Shown: piece after piece, positions 61,542-64,000 of the stretch | Layout of the letters: every line of letters begins with the position of its first letter | How positions within the stretch are numbered: position 1 is the first letter of the stretch | DNA from: Spirochaetota bacterium | GTDB lineage: Bacteria; Spirochaetota; UBA4802; UBA5550 | Length of the DNA stretch: 64,000 bases | Assembly (NCBI GenBank): GCA_050298055.1 | Contig: JBNKTL010000008.1 | Location: 1-64,000, forward strand | Reading direction: 5' to 3' | Program-made: the position numbers and the translations under genes | The notes under the pieces: generated by a model | What the model was told of the DNA's origin: nothing | The model's database searches: none | Seen by the model: only the letters and a program-made list of their open reading frames with translations

Positions 61542-61742
61542 CAGTTCTGTTTTTTAATAGAGAATATTATTAGTGAGTAATTTTTATAAAAATTTTTGTA
61601 TTGACGTATTATTGAAAAATGCTTATATTTATAATCATACAACAACAGATAACAAACATATATGAAAAGATCACTCCGTGCCTTGGCGGCAGGGAGATAT
61701 CAATGGTGTTTTGATAGATTCTGAAATGAGAAGGGGGATGAG

Positions 61743-63293
61743 GTGAGAGAGCTATTTGTTGTTCTGTTATCAGTTTTTTTTCTCGGTTTAACGGCCTGCG
61801 AGAGGTCATCTGTGATATACAACTCCTTTCAGGAATCAGTGGACGCGGAGATTGCCTCCCTGGACGCGGCGGATTTTACCTATACGGGGGCCGATAACCG
61901 GGACCACATTACCGATGACTTTACTCTCCCCACAACAGGCAGAGAAGGGACCACCATAACATGGACCAGCAGTCATCCCCAATATGTGATTGTGACCGGT
62001 GGAAACGCCGATGTGATTGCCCGCCCCGCTTACTTTGAAGGGGACTTTAAGGTGACCCTTACGGCAACGGTGAGTGTTGAGGGTGCCAGCGGGACAACGG
62101 AGATTGTTGTTGTGGTTGCCGCCGAAGAAACGCACATGATAACTCAAAAATATGTATCAGATCCCTCTGTTCAGGTAGGTGACAATTTCGGATACAGTGT
62201 ATCCATCAGCGGGGATCATGTCATAGCAGGTGTTCCCTATCAGGATCTCGGTGGCTTAACTACTGATGAATACGGTGCGGCCTATATCTTTGAGCGGAAC
62301 ACATTAGGTAACTGGAACCAGGTTCAAAAACTCAATGCCACTCCCTACAATCCAGGTGATGAATTTGGTTGCAGTGTGGCCGTCAGCGGAGACTATGCCA
62401 TTGTGGGAGCTCATAATAATGATGATTATGGGAATAATGCCGGATTAGCCTATATCTTTGAGCGGGACATAGGGGGAACATGGAACCAGGTTCAAATACT
62501 TTATGCTTCTAATTACGATGTTGATGACGAATTTGGTTACAGTGTGGCCATCAGCGGAGACTATGCCATTGTTGCTGCTTATAATTATAGCGGTTCTTCC
62601 GGCGCAATATATATTTTTGAGCGGGAAGGGGGCACCTGGAATGAAAAACAAACATTTACGGCTGAATCTGGTGGTGATTATTATGGAGAAAGTGTCTCCA
62701 TAAGCGGGAATTATGCTATTGTAGGAGCTTACTTTCATGATCCCGGTGGCGTATCTAACGCCGGAGCAGCCTATATCATTGAGCGGGACGCGGGGGGAAA
62801 CTGGAACCAGGTTCAAAAACTTACTGCCGATATTCCCGCTGTGAATGAGAACTTTGGCAATAGTGTTTCCATCAGCGGAAATTATGCCATTGTGGGCGCT
62901 TTTCAAAATATTGATTTGGGGTTTCAGGCCGGTGCGGCCTATATTTTTGAGCGGAACACATCAGGAAACTGGAACCGGGTTCAAAAACTCACTGCATCTA
63001 ATGGAGGGATTAATGACCGGTTTGGCACCAGTGTATCCATCAACAGGGGCTTTGCCGTAATAGGGGCTCCTTATGAAGATGACATAAGCAATAATGATAA
63101 TGGCGCAATATATGTTTTTAAGCGTAACAACAGCGGCAGCTGGTATGAAGATAAGATCATTCGGGCATCTCCGGAAGAGGATGATGCTTATTTTGGCTTT
63201 TATGTATCTATCAGTGAAGACTCTGTTATTGTGGGCGCTCACATGGAAGACAGCGGTGCAACAGATGGCGGTGCGATCTATATATTGTATTAG
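61743..63293 (+). CDS. Lipoprotein with an Ig-like domain and seven FG-GAP repeats (beta-propeller)
   Basis: Lipobox LTAC; LPTTG..GTTITWTSS Ig-like motif; repeated FG.SV.ISG..AIVGA...GAAYIFER. Confidence 0.88.
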   Translation: MRELFVVLLSVFFLGLTACERSSVIYNSFQESVDAEIASLDAADFTYTGADNRDHITDDFTLPTTGREGTTITWTSSHPQYVIVTGGNADVIARPAYFEGDFKVTLTATVSVEGASGTTEIVVVVAAEETHMITQKYVSDPSVQVGDNFGYSVSISGDHVIAGVPYQDLGGLTTDEYGAAYIFERNTLGNWNQVQKLNATPYNPGDEFGCSVAVSGDYAIVGAHNNDDYGNNAGLAYIFERDIGGTWNQVQILYASNYDVDDEFGYSVAISGDYAIVAAYNYSGSSGAIYIFEREGGTWNEKQTFTAESGGDYYGESVSISGNYAIVGAYFHDPGGVSNAGAAYIIERDAGGNWNQVQKLTADIPAVNENFGNSVSISGNYAIVGAFQNIDLGFQAGAAYIFERNTSGNWNRVQKLTASNGGINDRFGTSVSINRGFAVIGAPYEDDISNNDNGAIYVFKRNNSGSWYEDKIIRASPEEDDAYFGFYVSISEDSVIVGAHMEDSGATDGGAIYILY

Positions 63294-63322
63294 GCTGTTT
63301 GCTTCTATAATATAAGTATTTC

Positions 63323-63637
63323 AATATCCTCTCCAACAAAATTTCTGCGGTATTCCGGTTCGAGGCAAAAGACTTTGCGGATATATATATGATCGCGAAA
63401 AACCGGCAGTTCAATTGGGAAGAAATAGTCACTGAAGCAAAAATGAAAGAAGCCGCAGTTGATCCCATTGAATTGTATAATATTCTTCAAGCAATACCTT
63501 CCGATGCCATAAGCTCCATAAGATGTACCTCTTCTTTTGATAGTGCTCACATAAAGCGGGAACTGGCTGTTATCGCGGAGGATATCTTTAAAAGTACTGA
63601 AAATTCATTAAATGATGGTTCCCATGTGCCTGGTTAA
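63323..63637 (+). pseudogene. 5'-truncated AbiEii-like nucleotidyltransferase toxin remnant
   Basis: In frame upstream of the listed ORF: NILSNKISAVFRFEAKDFADIY (K...R...KD..D motif); an in-frame stop lies just upstream and the N-terminal half is missing. Confidence 0.65.
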
Positions 63638-63746
63638 TGCTGAATTCAAAACTAACCCCAACCGATAATTTTTTCTATTGACGTCTCTTTTGATCGGTAT
63701 GATCTTGTGGCAGAAACATGATTATCTTTAAAAAGGACTATTGCCT

Positions 63747-64000
63747 GTGATATTGACCCAGAGACCTCCCGTGGAAGACCTTCAAAAACTGGGAATCCCC
63801 TTTCAGAACAAAGTGGGTGCCTCCCGTAAAGTAAACAACCTCATTGAGGAGCTCAGTCATCCCAACATTGACTGGAAAACCGCCGTGGGGGAGATCAGGT
63901 CGTATCTCTTTGACTACATCCATGAGATCGCCCCGGAGGGTCCTGATATCCTCCCCATACTTTTCTACTTTCTCTACGAGGCAACGGCCCGGAAAAAGGG
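63747..64000 (+). CDS. Partial CDS, possibly the N-terminus of a large PEP/pyruvate-binding (PPDK-like) protein
   Basis: GTG start with SD AAGGA, open to the window end (MILTQRPPVEDLQKLG...LIEELSHPNIDWKTAVGEIRSYLFDY); product call is a weak resemblance only. Confidence 0.55.
   Translation, partial: MILTQRPPVEDLQKLGIPFQNKVGASRKVNNLIEELSHPNIDWKTAVGEIRSYLFDYIHEIAPEGPDILPILFYFLYEATARKK

Noticed and set aside
62150..63290. Repeats in the FG-GAP gene as a DGR target or DNA array
   Set aside because: Ordinary in-frame propeller repeats; no reverse transcriptase or template repeat seen

Overview
Bacterial chromosomal window, probably from a free-living anaerobic Spirochaetota member (inferred from the IS1182 N-terminus style, PAS/MCP architectures, Leptospira-style RHS protein and tRNA-Arg(UCG); not proven). 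From left to right: a partial IS1182 transposase; signalling genes (REC-PAS-PP2C phosphatase, hybrid kinase, MCP) and an orphan TupA; tRNA-His followed by a ~10 kb accessory island (WD40-like protein, DUF1778/GNAT toxin-antitoxin pair, a 1959-aa SpvB/FG-GAP/RHS protein and two HEPN/MNT pairs, one with a frameshifted toxin); a TetR/MBL pair; a beta-oxidation cluster; tRNA-Arg(UCG); a large CoA-activase fusion; a PH-TerB-like/CbbX AAA ATPase; an AraC gene between two lipoproteins; hisI-hisG; a four-gene cell-envelope locus; an FG-GAP lipoprotein; an AbiEii remnant; and a partial CDS. The envelope locus is the best candidate for an undescribed system: VanW, an exported AMMECR1 protein, a thioester alpha-2-macroglobulin and a SpoIID-transpeptidase fusion. 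Intergenic DNA holds several REP-like palindrome families. No CRISPR array, integrase or rRNA was seen. All calls come from motif reading only; no database searches were run.
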